DNA of 64,000 nt from Bacteroidota bacterium (GCA_033854175.1 JAWOKN010000056.1:3736-67735), one strand, 5' to 3'; positions 7,811 through 17,156 are shown, numbered from the stretch's first letter. Made by a program: numbers and translations. Notes: generated by a model not told the origin, from the letters alone.

Positions 7811-9139
7811 TCAGAGTAAAGAGAGTGCTTTCTGAAGATCATAAATGATATCCTCGGGATCCTCGAGGCCGATGGAAAGGCGCAGACCGCCCGGATCGAG
7901 TCCCCTTTCGAGCTGTTCGTCGAGCGGGAAAGCCGAATGCGTCATCGAGCTCGGATGTTCGACCAGAGTTCTGATCTGGCCGAGGCTGACTGCAAGGGTA
8001 ATCGTATAGGCATTATGGGCGAGGGCATTAATAAACCTTTCGCCCTGGTCGTGCCGTTCCTTCGGTGTAGAACCGTGGAGGACAAAATAGAGGAGTGTGC
8101 CGGGGGAGAAATTCCCCTTATAGTCGCGCATCTGTTTCCGGGCAAGTTTAAACTGCGGAAACGAGGGTAATCCGGGATACCGGACGAAGGCGACGCGGGG
8201 CTCCTTCCGCAGGAATTCAGCCACCCGGTAGGTGCTCTCGATCTGCTGGCGGATACGGGTTGAAAGACTCGGGAGGCCATAGACCAGTATAGGCCAGGCG
8301 CTCTTAGCTGACAGTGTGCCGCCGAAATCCTTCCGGTAAAGGAGGAGCCGGTCATAGGACCAGCGGGGACCGACAACGACGCCCCCCATATCGGTGCCGA
8401 AACCGCAGATCCCCTTTGTAAGAGAATCGACGACAAAATCGGCACCCAATGTCAGGGGACGCTGGCAGAAGGGGGTGGCGAAGGTATTATCGATGACCAG
8501 ATAGATCTTCCTTTCGGGGGATCTCCGGCGGTTCGCGCGGCGGATAATGCCGGCAATCGCGCCGATATCGATAAGATCCAGAGTCGGGTTCACGGGGGAC
8601 TCAAAATAGACGACGCGGGTGCGGTCGGTGATCTTCCGTTCAAGGTTTGCGGGTTTTCTCAGATCGACATAGGCCGTAGTGATCGTATACCGCGGGTACC
8701 AGTTAAGGAGAAGCGAATAGGTACAGCCGTACAAAACGGGGTGGGCGATAATTTCATCGGCGGTGCCGGTAAGTGTGCCGAGGACGGCCGAGATGGCTGC
8801 CATACCGGTCGCAAAAGTCACGGCCACCTCGCCCTGTTCGGCGTCGGCGAGGTTTTCCTCGAGGATCTCCTTATTCGGTTCGCCGAGGCGGTCATAGATA
8901 TAGATCGGGGCGCACGATGCAATCTTTCTGATTCCGTCGTGGTGGGCGAACTCTGCGAACCCCTGAGCGCCGCGCCGGGCGGTATCGAGGCGGAACGTCG
9001 AGGAGGAGGAAAGGGGCGGGACGACATGGTGGTTATAGTCCCACTTCTTGCTCGAGGCCTTTCCATAAATAAGGCGCGTCTGCATTGAATACGGGCGCGC
9101 CTGATGTTTTTTACCTTTCTTCGGGCGTAAGGATTTCAT
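7811..9139 (-). CDS. Cys/Met-metabolism PLP-dependent enzyme (methionine gamma-lyase / cystathionine gamma-synthase / O-acylhomoserine sulfhydrylase family)
   Basis: Family motifs are present: FESPVNPTL, VVDSLTKGICGFGTDMGG (S-x-T-K PLP lysine) and RLSIGLEDPEDII. An ATGA start/stop overlap links it to the upstream gene. Confidence 0.85.
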   Translation of the reverse strand: MKSLRPKKGKKHQARPYSMQTRLIYGKASSKKWDYNHHVVPPLSSSSTFRLDTARRGAQGFAEFAHHDGIRKIASCAPIYIYDRLGEPNKEILEENLADAEQGEVAVTFATGMAAISAVLGTLTGTADEIIAHPVLYGCTYSLLLNWYPRYTITTAYVDLRKPANLERKITDRTRVVYFESPVNPTLDLIDIGAIAGIIRRANRRRSPERKIYLVIDNTFATPFCQRPLTLGADFVVDSLTKGICGFGTDMGGVVVGPRWSYDRLLLYRKDFGGTLSAKSAWPILVYGLPSLSTRIRQQIESTYRVAEFLRKEPRVAFVRYPGLPSFPQFKLARKQMRDYKGNFSPGTLLYFVLHGSTPKERHDQGERFINALAHNAYTITLAVSLGQIRTLVEHPSSMTHSAFPLDEQLERGLDPGGLRLSIGLEDPEDIIYDLQKALSLL

Positions 9140-10125
9140 TTTTTCGTCTCATGTTGTTCCGGAACGGGATCTGACAGAAGCAGTTCCCTGACCGTAGGGC
9201 AGGAGAGAACCTCCGATCGGAGTTTGGCCAGAACCTCCGAGTTATACCAGATCTCCCTGAAATTATAATTATTCTCGCGGAGTTCGCCGCACGGGGTGCC
9301 GAGTGAGGCGCAGGGCTGGACCGAGCCTGTAGGCGAGATGAAGATAAAGCTCCTTCCGGCGAGGCACCAGTGGGTCCACTCGACGCGGACCTTATGATTC
9401 TCCTGTTCCCCGTTTCCCTCACCCGGTGCCGCAACATCATGGAGGCCGTATTTGATGCACTGGGGAGAAAAATACATCCCCTTCGGGCTCAGGCGTTTAA
9501 TCTGGGCGATCTTCGATATGAACTGGCCGATAAACTGGTCGGTATCGGCGTCCTGATCCTTCTCCGGAAGGAGGGCGGCGTCCCACGCCAGGTGGCAGTA
9601 GAGACCGTTTGCGGACTTCTGGAGTGCAAAGTCATGTTCAAAGGCCAGCTGGCGGGTATCGGGCTTATGGATACTGCTCCCGAGGTGGATTTCGTAGCCC
9701 GCCTTCTTGAGCCGCCGGATGCTGTTTTCCAGCGCCTGAAACTGCGTCGATTGCTTGAAACGGGTATCCATATCCTCGGTGATCGCGCCATCCAGGAGAA
9801 GGCGGAAAACCTTGGGGCCGAAGATGACATACTTCTCGATCATTTCGTCGGTCAGCTCCTGGGGTGCGACCTCGATAATCATCTTCAGGCCGAGGGCGAA
9901 CCCGTATTCGACAATCTGAAAAAGATCGGGGCGTTCGGCGACCTTTCTGCCGGTGAGGACGATAATCGGTTTTGCGATGCGGGCGATGCTGTCGATGATC
10001 AGGAGGCATTCATGGGTAGTAAGGACATCGGGCTCTCCGGGTGTTTTTTTCCTTGAAAGCTGCCAGACGATCATCCTGGGGAAAAAATCCTCTTCTTCGC
10101 GGTGGCTGTGTGCTGGACCCTGCAT
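9136..10125 (-). CDS. Radical-SAM/SPASM-like protein lacking the CX3CX2C cluster motif (probable pseudoenzyme or non-radical homologue)
   Basis: It has a TIM-barrel-like core (IIVLTGRKVAERPDLFQIVEYGFALGLKMIIE...RLLLDGAI...ENSIRRLKKAGYEIHLGSSI). The C-terminus is SPASM/twitch-like (CLAGRSFIFISPTGSVQPCASLGTPCGELRENNYNFREIWYNSEVLAKLR...C). The N-terminus MIVWQLSRKKTPGEPDVLTTHE has no cysteine where CxxxCxxC belongs, and GGEP is replaced by TGRK. Confidence 0.6.
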   Translation of the reverse strand: MQGPAHSHREEEDFFPRMIVWQLSRKKTPGEPDVLTTHECLLIIDSIARIAKPIIVLTGRKVAERPDLFQIVEYGFALGLKMIIEVAPQELTDEMIEKYVIFGPKVFRLLLDGAITEDMDTRFKQSTQFQALENSIRRLKKAGYEIHLGSSIHKPDTRQLAFEHDFALQKSANGLYCHLAWDAALLPEKDQDADTDQFIGQFISKIAQIKRLSPKGMYFSPQCIKYGLHDVAAPGEGNGEQENHKVRVEWTHWCLAGRSFIFISPTGSVQPCASLGTPCGELRENNYNFREIWYNSEVLAKLRSEVLSCPTVRELLLSDPVPEQHETKK

Positions 10126-10146
10126 AAAAAATCTCCTAAGAACGAG

Positions 10147-10533
10147 TTATGATGAACGTGATCTGGAACGGCGTGAAGCATGATGAACCGCTTCGATAGT
10201 TTCGACGACAAGGGGAAAATAGCGTTCGAGGGCGCACTCCTCGTCCTCGCGCAGCTGGCAATGCCCCGAGGCGGACTGGAACGTGCATTCGGTGCAGACG
10301 ATCATATGCAGTTCGCGGAGATACCTCTCCATCGAATCCGCCTGCAGGTTTCCGACGATCTGGACGATGCGGGGAAGCTGGGTCTGGAGGGGGCAGTCGA
10401 ACTCGGCATCCAGCCGGCAGTTCCCGTGCCCGTCGCCGTCGAGGCAGACCCTGCAGACCTTCTCGCGGACGGCCTGCCAGTAGGCGTGTGCATCCTGGCG
10501 GGGGCGTTTTTCAGACCGCAATTTTCTTGCCAT
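10147..10533 (-). CDS. Cys-rich protein, paralogue B (two C-x2-C-x8-C-x7-C modules)
   Basis: VCRVCLDGDGHGNCRLDAEFDCPLQTQLPRIVQIV ... VCTECTFQSASGHCQLREDEECALERYFPLVVETIEAV. It is a paralogue of 10511..10852 and overlaps it by 23 nt. Confidence 0.6.
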   Translation of the reverse strand: MARKLRSEKRPRQDAHAYWQAVREKVCRVCLDGDGHGNCRLDAEFDCPLQTQLPRIVQIVGNLQADSMERYLRELHMIVCTECTFQSASGHCQLREDEECALERYFPLVVETIEAVHHASRRSRSRSS

Positions 10534-10852
10534 TATTCTTCACCGTCTCGATAATTTCGACAACAAGGGGGAAGTAGCGGTCGAGGGCGCACTCCAGTTT
10601 ACTCCTCTTCCCGCAGAAAAGGTCGGGGGTCTGGAAATCGCAGTTTGCGCAGACAGTTTTCCTCAGGGCCGTGACATAGTCCCGGATATCGGGGGAATCG
10701 ACGGCAGTGACCGACTGGACAATCTCGGGTAAAAAGTGTTTCAGGGGACATTCCTCACCGGCGGGGAGGCGGCAAAGGCCCGTGCCGTCGCCGTCCACGC
10801 ACTTCCTGCAAATCCGGTTTTGGATCACCGGCCACAACTGATCGAGTTTCAT
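10511..10852 (-). CDS. Cys-rich protein, paralogue A (two C-x2-C-x8-C-x7-C modules)
   Basis: ATG 10852 is preceded by AAGGTGGTG. The protein is MKLDQLWPVIQNRICRKCVDGDGTGLCRLPAGEECPLKHFLPEIVQSV...VCANCDFQTPDLFCGKRSKLECALDRYFPLVVEIIETV. The ORF-track start 10951 is an upstream extension. Confidence 0.65.
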   Translation of the reverse strand: MKLDQLWPVIQNRICRKCVDGDGTGLCRLPAGEECPLKHFLPEIVQSVTAVDSPDIRDYVTALRKTVCANCDFQTPDLFCGKRSKLECALDRYFPLVVEIIETVKNNGKKIAV

Positions 10853-10901
10853 ACGCACCACCTTTCGCAAAAACGTGATATAAGAACAATAACAGTGTGA
10901 A

Positions 10902-11171
10902 TTATGATTGTACATCGTCAAAACGGGCCCTGATCTGATCGAGGACCTCAAACTTGCCCCGCAGGGTTTCCTTAGTCTTCTCGAGCAGTTCGATCGACTT
11001 CTTCTTATTAATGATCAGCTCATTGAGGATAGCCTTGACATCGGGGTAGGTGCAAGCGTCGCGATAAAAGGCATACTGGAGGATCGCCTCCTTTTCCGTC
11101 GTACTTGCAAATTCCAGGGCATTGCACAACTCCCTGCATGATTGAACACAGTTCGGTTTTGTTTGCGGCAT
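10902..11171 (-). CDS. Small (89 aa) helical protein, function unknown
   Basis: ATG 11171 is preceded by AGGAGGATCAC and lies 10 nt after the gamma-subunit stop. The protein is MPQTKPNCVQSCRELCNALEFASTTEKEAILQYAFYRDACTYPDVKAILNELIINKKK..., a helical sequence with an E-x-x-A-x-x-x-Y ferritin-like flavour. No family assigned. Confidence 0.5.
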   Translation of the reverse strand: MPQTKPNCVQSCRELCNALEFASTTEKEAILQYAFYRDACTYPDVKAILNELIINKKKSIELLEKTKETLRGKFEVLDQIRARFDDVQS

Positions 11172-11181
11172 AGTGATCCTC

Positions 11182-11739
11182 CTAGACAATAGGTGTAGCT
11201 GCTTCGATAACGAGTTTTTCACCGCAGGAGAGGGCGCGCCGGTTGACGTCGAGGAGATGGTGATACCGTTCCGGCAGGACGCTCTCGAGCGCCTTCATCA
11301 CGGAAGAAAGCTGGACGACCTGGCAGACATTCAAAAACGCGCCAAGCATGACCATATTCTTCACCTTGAGGTTCTTCAGCTTAATAGCCTCCTTCTCGAT
11401 ATCAACCGGAAGGACGGTGATATCGGTGCGGGTGGGGGGGATGATGACATTGGAGCTGTCATAAATCAGGATGCCGTTCGGTTTGATGGCCTTCTCGAAC
11501 TTGTCCACGGACGGCTGGTTCATCGCGACGACGGCATCATAGCGGGTAACGATCGGTGAACTGATCTCCTGGTTCGAAATGATGACGATACAATTGGCTG
11601 TGCCGCCCCGCATCTCGGGGCCATACGACGGCATCCATGAGACATGTTTTCCTTCAATCATCCCTGCATAGGTGAGGGTCATCCCCATCGAGAGAACCCC
11701 CTGCCCGCCAAAACCTGAGAACAAAATCTCGTGTGTCAT
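11182..11739 (-). CDS. 2-oxoacid:ferredoxin oxidoreductase, gamma subunit
   Basis: MTHEILFSGFGGQGVLSMGMTLTYAGMIEGKHVSWMPSYGPEMRGGTANC is the typical OFOR gamma N-terminus. Confidence 0.9.
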   Translation of the reverse strand: MTHEILFSGFGGQGVLSMGMTLTYAGMIEGKHVSWMPSYGPEMRGGTANCIVIISNQEISSPIVTRYDAVVAMNQPSVDKFEKAIKPNGILIYDSSNVIIPPTRTDITVLPVDIEKEAIKLKNLKVKNMVMLGAFLNVCQVVQLSSVMKALESVLPERYHHLLDVNRRALSCGEKLVIEAATPIV

Positions 11740-11790
11740 GTTCTGTTATCCTTTACGCTGTCAAAATGAATTACCCTGACCGATCGTTGC

Positions 11791-12576
11791 TTATTTATGT
11801 TCGACGACTTTTCCGTCAACCTTGAGATCCCCGAGAGGGAAAACCGGGAGCATATTCTGTTCAAGCCATTTATTCGCCTCGACGGGGGTCATCTTCCAGC
11901 CCGAGGGGCAATTCGAGACGACCTCGATGAGGCAATAGCCCTTCTTTTCCTTCTGTGCCTGGAGGGCCTTCGTGATGGATTTCTTCAGGTGCCGGATCGC
12001 ATTGGGTGTATGCACGGCCTGGCGGGTGACATAATAGGCGCCGGGGAGCATTGCGATAAGGTCTGTGACTTTTATCGGAAACCCGCAGTTGGCGACATCC
12101 CTCCCCTCGGGGGAGGTTGTGGTTTTCATGCCGAGGATAGTGGTGGGGGCCATCTGGCCTCCGGTCATGCCATAGATCGCGTTATTGATAAAAATCACGA
12201 GAATATTCTCGCCGCGGTTCGCTGCATGGATCGTCTCATTGGTGCCTATTGCCGCCAGGTCGCCGTCGCCCTGGTACGAGAAGACGATCTTATCGGGCCA
12301 CATCCGTTTAATGCCGGTGGCGACTGCGGAGGCGCGGCCGTGGGCCGCCTCCTGCATATCGACATCCAGGTAATGATAGGCGAAGACGGAGCACCCGACG
12401 GGAGCCACGCCGATCGTCTCGCTCTGGATGCCCATCTCCTGGACAACCTCCATCAGCACCTTATGGACGGCGCCGTGGCCGCAGCCCGGGCAATAGTGCA
12501 TCGGTGTATCGGTCAGAGTTGCCGGTTTCGACCAAACGATTTCCATACCTTCGATACTTGTCTGAACCTGGTTCAT
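11791..12576 (-). CDS. 2-oxoacid:ferredoxin oxidoreductase, beta (TPP-binding) subunit
   Basis: ATG 12576 lies 4 nt after the alpha-subunit stop. Motifs: HYCPGCGHG, GDGDLAAIGTNE, NNAIYGMTGGQ. The ORF-track start 12702 overlaps the alpha gene. Confidence 0.9.
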   Translation of the reverse strand: MNQVQTSIEGMEIVWSKPATLTDTPMHYCPGCGHGAVHKVLMEVVQEMGIQSETIGVAPVGCSVFAYHYLDVDMQEAAHGRASAVATGIKRMWPDKIVFSYQGDGDLAAIGTNETIHAANRGENILVIFINNAIYGMTGGQMAPTTILGMKTTTSPEGRDVANCGFPIKVTDLIAMLPGAYYVTRQAVHTPNAIRHLKKSITKALQAQKEKKGYCLIEVVSNCPSGWKMTPVEANKWLEQNMLPVFPLGDLKVDGKVVEHK

Positions 12577-12580
12577 CGCA

Positions 12581-13723
12581 TTATCTTTCAATGATTTCGG
12601 ATAATTCGGATTTCGCGCCCTCGCGCTGGTTTTCCCCCTTTGGAGCCGGTGACTGCGCGGCGGGTGTCTGGATGAGGTGAAGCATCTGCTCGAGGATCTC
12701 ATCCGGGGGAGGAATCATACCGCCCAGGCGTCCGTAAAAATTCACCGTAGTCTTACCTTCGACGGCCAGCCGGACATCCTCGACCATCTGTCCCGCATTG
12801 AGTTCAATAACCAGGATATTCCGCACCTTCGGAGCTAGTTCCCGGAGGATCTGGTAGGGATACGGAAACAGAGTAATCGGGCGGACGAGGCCGGCCTTGA
12901 TGCCGCGGTGGCGTGCCAGTTCGACGGCGCGGGCGCAGATCCTTGCGGCAAGTCCGTAGGCGACGAGGATCATATCGGCGTCGTCGCACGACGTAAGCTG
13001 ACAGCGGACCTCACTCTCGCGGACCTTCCGGTACTTCTCCTGGAGCTGTTTATTGATCCCCTCCATCTTTTCAGGCTGGATAAACAATGACGTGACGATA
13101 TTCCGTTCGCGGTCGGGGGTTTTGCCGGTGGTAGCCCACGGTTTATCGACCCTGTGCTTATTCGGGTCATACTCCCTGAAGGTGACAGCCTCCATCATCT
13201 GGCCGAGGGCACCGTCGGCGAGGATCATGACGGGATTGCGGTATTTGTCGGCGAGGTCGAAGCCGTCGAAGACAAAATCGGCCATCTCCTGGACGCTGTT
13301 GGGGGCAAGGACGATAAGGTGATAATCGCCGTGTCCGCCCCCCTTGGTCGCCTGGAAATAATCCCCCTGTGAGGGCTGGATCGTGCCGAGGCCCGGGCCG
13401 CCGCGGTTGACGTTGACCACGAGGCAGGGCAGCTGAGCCGATGCGATATAGGAAAGGCCCTCCTGCATGAGGCTGATACCGGGGCTTGAGGACGAGGTCA
13501 TTGCCCGTTTGCCTGCGCCTGCGGCGCCGTAGACCATATTGATGGCCGCAAGCTCGCTTTCCGACTGCATGACGACCATACCCCGTTTCCTCCCCTCCTC
13601 GGCCAGATACTCGATGACCTCAGACTGGGGGGTAATGGGATAACCGAAATACCCGTCGCAACCCGCCCGGATGGCGGCTTCCGCGAGGGCTTCGTTGCCC
13701 TTCATCAATTTCGCTTCGCTCAT
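12581..13723 (-). CDS. 2-oxoacid:ferredoxin oxidoreductase, alpha subunit
   Basis: MSEAKLMKGNEALAEAAIRAGCDGYFGYPITPQSEV... is the typical OFOR alpha N-terminus. An ATGA overlap links it to the delta gene. Confidence 0.9.
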   Translation of the reverse strand: MSEAKLMKGNEALAEAAIRAGCDGYFGYPITPQSEVIEYLAEEGRKRGMVVMQSESELAAINMVYGAAGAGKRAMTSSSSPGISLMQEGLSYIASAQLPCLVVNVNRGGPGLGTIQPSQGDYFQATKGGGHGDYHLIVLAPNSVQEMADFVFDGFDLADKYRNPVMILADGALGQMMEAVTFREYDPNKHRVDKPWATTGKTPDRERNIVTSLFIQPEKMEGINKQLQEKYRKVRESEVRCQLTSCDDADMILVAYGLAARICARAVELARHRGIKAGLVRPITLFPYPYQILRELAPKVRNILVIELNAGQMVEDVRLAVEGKTTVNFYGRLGGMIPPPDEILEQMLHLIQTPAAQSPAPKGENQREGAKSELSEIIER

Positions 13724-14046
13724 ATATCTATTCCTCCTTGGGGTTGTTCATCGAGGACGACCCTGACATTGCTTTTCACGTTGGAGATAACGGCGACCGG
13801 TTCCTTCTTCGCGGCGCTCTTGCCGTCCTTGCGGGAGCGGTAGACGGTTATGACGGCATCGGGGCAGACAAGGGCGCAGTTGACGCAGCCGGTGCAGTTA
13901 TCCTGGACAAGCACGGCATAGTGATATCCTTTTGCGTTGATTTCCTTCGAAAGCGCCAGACTCTCCTGCGGGCACGAGTCGATACAGATCTCGCACCCCT
14001 TGCAGGTTTCCACCTGAATCTGGACAGTTCCATGGACTGTAGCCAT
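13720..14046 (-). CDS. 2-oxoacid:ferredoxin oxidoreductase, delta (2x[4Fe-4S] ferredoxin) subunit
   Basis: Two cluster motifs are present: CKGCEICIDSCP and CTGCVNCALVCP. Confidence 0.85.
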   Translation of the reverse strand: MATVHGTVQIQVETCKGCEICIDSCPQESLALSKEINAKGYHYAVLVQDNCTGCVNCALVCPDAVITVYRSRKDGKSAAKKEPVAVISNVKSNVRVVLDEQPQGGIDI

Positions 14047-14057
14047 AGGTACTCCTT

Positions 14058-14363
14058 TTAAGTTGAAAACAAAACCTGATTACTCCCGGCCGACATCGCG
14101 ATCTGCAATTCCTCTTCGATCCACGTTTCGAACTCATACACGCTCGGTATCCTGCCGGCGGACTTGAGTTTCTCATTGACAAGTATCGTCGGAACCACGA
14201 GGGCCCCCATCGAGGCGATTTGCTGGATATCATTGATCCACTGGACGCGCGGTTTGGTTTCAAAGCGCGAGACCGAGGCGGTGGCATTCGTGACGGCATG
14301 ACGGACCTTAGCCGTCGGCAGGCCGATGATTTTGATTCGAACGGGATTAGGTCGCGGTTTCAT
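14058..14363 (-). CDS. Thioredoxin-fold protein of the small 'redox-active disulfide protein 2'-like type but without the CxxC
   Basis: IKIIGLPTAKVRHAVTNATA...WINDIQQIASMGALVVPTILVNEKLKSAGRIPSVYEFETWI parallels MKI-x-V-LG-x-GC-x-x-C...TD-x-x-x-I-x-x-x-G-V-M-x-TPALVING. No cysteine is present in the protein. ATG 14363 lies 5 nt after the maeB stop. Confidence 0.55.
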   Translation of the reverse strand: MKPRPNPVRIKIIGLPTAKVRHAVTNATASVSRFETKPRVQWINDIQQIASMGALVVPTILVNEKLKSAGRIPSVYEFETWIEEELQIAMSAGSNQVLFST

Positions 14364-14368
14364 TGCTG

Positions 14369-16669
14369 TCAATTCACTTTCACTGGTTCTCTCAGCACCT
14401 GTTTGACTGTTTGGCCGGTCTGTGACTGCTGGGCTTCATGGACGGCCATGGCGGTAATATTGACGATATCGCTCACATCGTTCCCCGGCACCAGGAGGTA
14501 GACCGGTTTCCGGATCCCCATAAGGATCGGGCCGATGGCGGTTGCGCCGCCAAGGCGCCAGAGAAGCTTATAGGAAACGTTGGCCGATGTGAGGTCCGGG
14601 AAGATCAGCACATTTGCGCGGGTTTTGAGCGTATTGAACGGGTAAAGCTCGTTGAGGATCTCCGGAACTGTCGCCGTATCGGCCATCATCTCGCCGTCGA
14701 TCGTGAGGTCGGGCGCCTGTCGTTTCACGATTGCGACAGCTCGTGCGACCTTCTCCGAAAGCGGGTGGCGGGTGCTGCCGAAATTCGAGAACGAGAGCAT
14801 GGCCAGCCGCGGTTCGATATCAAACCGTTTCACCCGTTCCGCGGTCAGCATGGCAATCTCGGCCAGTTCCTCGGCTGATGGTTCGATATTCACCGTGGCG
14901 TCGGCGATAAAGACGGTCTGGTTCTTGAAGACCATCATATAGAGGCCGGCGATCCTGTTGACGCCGTCCTTCTTTCCGATGATCTGAAGTGCCGGTCTCA
15001 CGGTTTCGGGGTACTGCTGGGTAAGGCCGGAGATGAGGCCGTCGGCGTCCCCCTGGCGGACCATGAGCATGCCGAAGATATTATGAGTTTTCAGATGGCG
15101 TTCCGCGTCGAACTTCGTCACGCCGTGGCGCTGCCGGATGTTATAGAACGTGGTAATATACTCATCGAGCTTCGCCGATTTCGAGGGATTGATAATCTCG
15201 ATCCCCTCGAGGTCGAGGCCCAGGTCGGCGATCCGCTGCTGGATCAGGGTGCGGCTCCCCAGGAGTATTGGACGTGCGATCTTTTCGTCGACGATGATAT
15301 GGGCGGCGCGGAGAATCTTCTCCTCCTCGCCCTCCGGGAAGACGATGCGTTTGGGTTCGCTCTGCGCCTTATGGATAAAGAAGCGCATAATCTCGCGCGA
15401 CTTGCCCAACCGAGCCTCGAGCGAATCGCGGTAGGCCTCGATATCCTTGATCGGATTGCGGGCGACGCCGGAATCCATGGCGGCCTTGGCGACGGCGACG
15501 GCTTCCCACAAAAGAACGCGCGGATCGAACGGTTTCGGGATGATATATTCCCGGCCGAACTCAATCCTCTTGGCGCCATAGGCCTTGATGACGGAGTCGG
15601 GGACATCCTCCTTGGTCAGGCGTGCGAGTGCATTGGAAGCTGCGACCTTCATCTCGTCGTTGATCGCCATTGCGCGCACATCGAGGGCGCCGCGGAAGAT
15701 AAAGGGGAATCCGAGGACATTATTCACCTGGTTCGGGTAATCGGACCGGCCGGTGGCCATAATGACATCATCGCGGGCTGCGACGGCGTCGTTATAGGTA
15801 ATCTCGGGATCGGGGTTGGCCATAGCGAAGACGATCGGTTTGTCGGCCATCGAGCGGAGCATCTCCTTCGAGACAATATCCTTGGCGGAGACGCCGCAGA
15901 AAACATCGGCCCCCTTCATGGCATCGGCGAGAGTCCGTTTATCGGTTACGGCGGCAAAATACTCCTTATAGGGGTTCATCCCCTCGGTTCTCCCCTTATA
16001 GACGACGCCCTTGGTATCGACGAGGGTAATATTCTCCCGTTTCACGCCGAGGCGTTCATAGAACTTCGCGCAGGCGATCCCGGCCGCGCCGGCGCCGCTG
16101 AAGACCACCCGGACCTCGCCGATCTTCTTCTTCACCAGTTCAAGGGCGTTCATCAGGGCGGCGCCGCTGATGATGGCGGTACCGTGCTGGTCGTCGTGGA
16201 AGACGGGGATATTCATCGTCTTCTTGAGCGTCTCCTCGATATAGAAGCACTCGGGGGCCTTGATATCCTCCAGGTTGATCCCGCCGAATGTGGGTTCAAG
16301 CATCTGGACGGTCTTGATGATGGCGTCGGGGTCGTGGGAATTCAGTTCGATATCGAACACGTCGACATCGGCGAAGCGTTTGAAGAGGACCCCTTTCCCC
16401 TCCATGACCGGTTTACCGGCCAGAGCGCCGATATCGCCGAGACCCAAGACGGCGGTGCCGTTACTGACGACGGCGACGAGGTTGCCTTTGGCGGTATAGC
16501 GGTAGACATCCTCGGGGTTGGCTTCAATTTCCTTGCACGGGTCGGCGACGCCTGGCGTATAGGCCAGGGAAAGGTCGCGCTGAGTGGCGCACGGCTTCGT
16601 GGAGATGACTTCAATCTTGCCATGACGGCCTTGCGAATGATAATCGAGGGCTTCCTGTTTGCGTACCAT
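14369..16669 (-). CDS. maeB: NADP-dependent malic enzyme with C-terminal phosphotransacetylase-like domain
   Basis: [42 protein letters not shown]... At 766 aa it has the MaeB-type two-domain architecture. Confidence 0.95.
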   Translation of the reverse strand: MVRKQEALDYHSQGRHGKIEVISTKPCATQRDLSLAYTPGVADPCKEIEANPEDVYRYTAKGNLVAVVSNGTAVLGLGDIGALAGKPVMEGKGVLFKRFADVDVFDIELNSHDPDAIIKTVQMLEPTFGGINLEDIKAPECFYIEETLKKTMNIPVFHDDQHGTAIISGAALMNALELVKKKIGEVRVVFSGAGAAGIACAKFYERLGVKRENITLVDTKGVVYKGRTEGMNPYKEYFAAVTDKRTLADAMKGADVFCGVSAKDIVSKEMLRSMADKPIVFAMANPDPEITYNDAVAARDDVIMATGRSDYPNQVNNVLGFPFIFRGALDVRAMAINDEMKVAASNALARLTKEDVPDSVIKAYGAKRIEFGREYIIPKPFDPRVLLWEAVAVAKAAMDSGVARNPIKDIEAYRDSLEARLGKSREIMRFFIHKAQSEPKRIVFPEGEEEKILRAAHIIVDEKIARPILLGSRTLIQQRIADLGLDLEGIEIINPSKSAKLDEYITTFYNIRQRHGVTKFDAERHLKTHNIFGMLMVRQGDADGLISGLTQQYPETVRPALQIIGKKDGVNRIAGLYMMVFKNQTVFIADATVNIEPSAEELAEIAMLTAERVKRFDIEPRLAMLSFSNFGSTRHPLSEKVARAVAIVKRQAPDLTIDGEMMADTATVPEILNELYPFNTLKTRANVLIFPDLTSANVSYKLLWRLGGATAIGPILMGIRKPVYLLVPGNDVSDIVNITAMAVHEAQQSQTGQTVKQVLREPVKVN

Positions 16670-16727
16670 AATATTATCCCTTTCACATTGATACCTGACG
16701 AGCGGGGTATCAGATTTTTAGTCGAGT

Positions 16728-17156
16728 TTATCTACCGGGCACATCGCCGCCCTCATGCCTCAGGCGCCAGCAACCGACATCCGACGGTGGCGAGAGAAAC
16801 GGCCCGGTCAAATCAAGATGTTTGACGCTTCCCCAGGAGGGAAGAATGTCGTGAGTTAAGAACTTTTTCGTATAATCGGCCAGATCGAGATCATCCTCGA
16901 CATCCTCATCCACGCAGACATAGACATCGACGATGCCGTGTGTTCCCTGAATGGAGCGCGGGCAGAGGGCATAGGCAATAAACCCCGTATCGCGCCATTC
17001 GTAGGCCTTCAGGATATGGTCGTAGGTATTCGGGAGTTCCAGCAGCATATCGATCTCTTTATGCAGCTCCAGTTCGAGGACAAATTTTTCACAATACTTG
17101 CACCGCTGTTCCGCAGTTTGCATATCCTCCTCCTCTATGATTGGACGCTTGACCAT
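16728..17156 (-). CDS. Hypothetical protein (142 aa)
   Basis: ORF tightly packed between the CoA-transferase gene (3-nt gap) and maeB. No family recognised. Confidence 0.5.
   Translation of the reverse strand: MVKRPIIEEEDMQTAEQRCKYCEKFVLELELHKEIDMLLELPNTYDHILKAYEWRDTGFIAYALCPRSIQGTHGIVDVYVCVDEDVEDDLDLADYTKKFLTHDILPSWGSVKHLDLTGPFLSPPSDVGCWRLRHEGGDVPGR

Noticed and set aside
15083-16825. Very long ORFs antisense to real genes. Examples are 15083..16825 opposite maeB, 24120..25361 opposite gdhA, 17193..18503 opposite the CoA-transferase gene, 60143..61081 opposite the radical SAM gene, 42855..43652 opposite PFOR, and 22690..23637 and 20842..21387 opposite the PPDK_N gene.
   Set aside because: Each lies opposite a gene with unmistakable family motifs. 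The translations are low-complexity (R/G/D/A-rich) with no recognisable domains. Stop-codon depletion on the antisense strand of GC-rich genes explains them.
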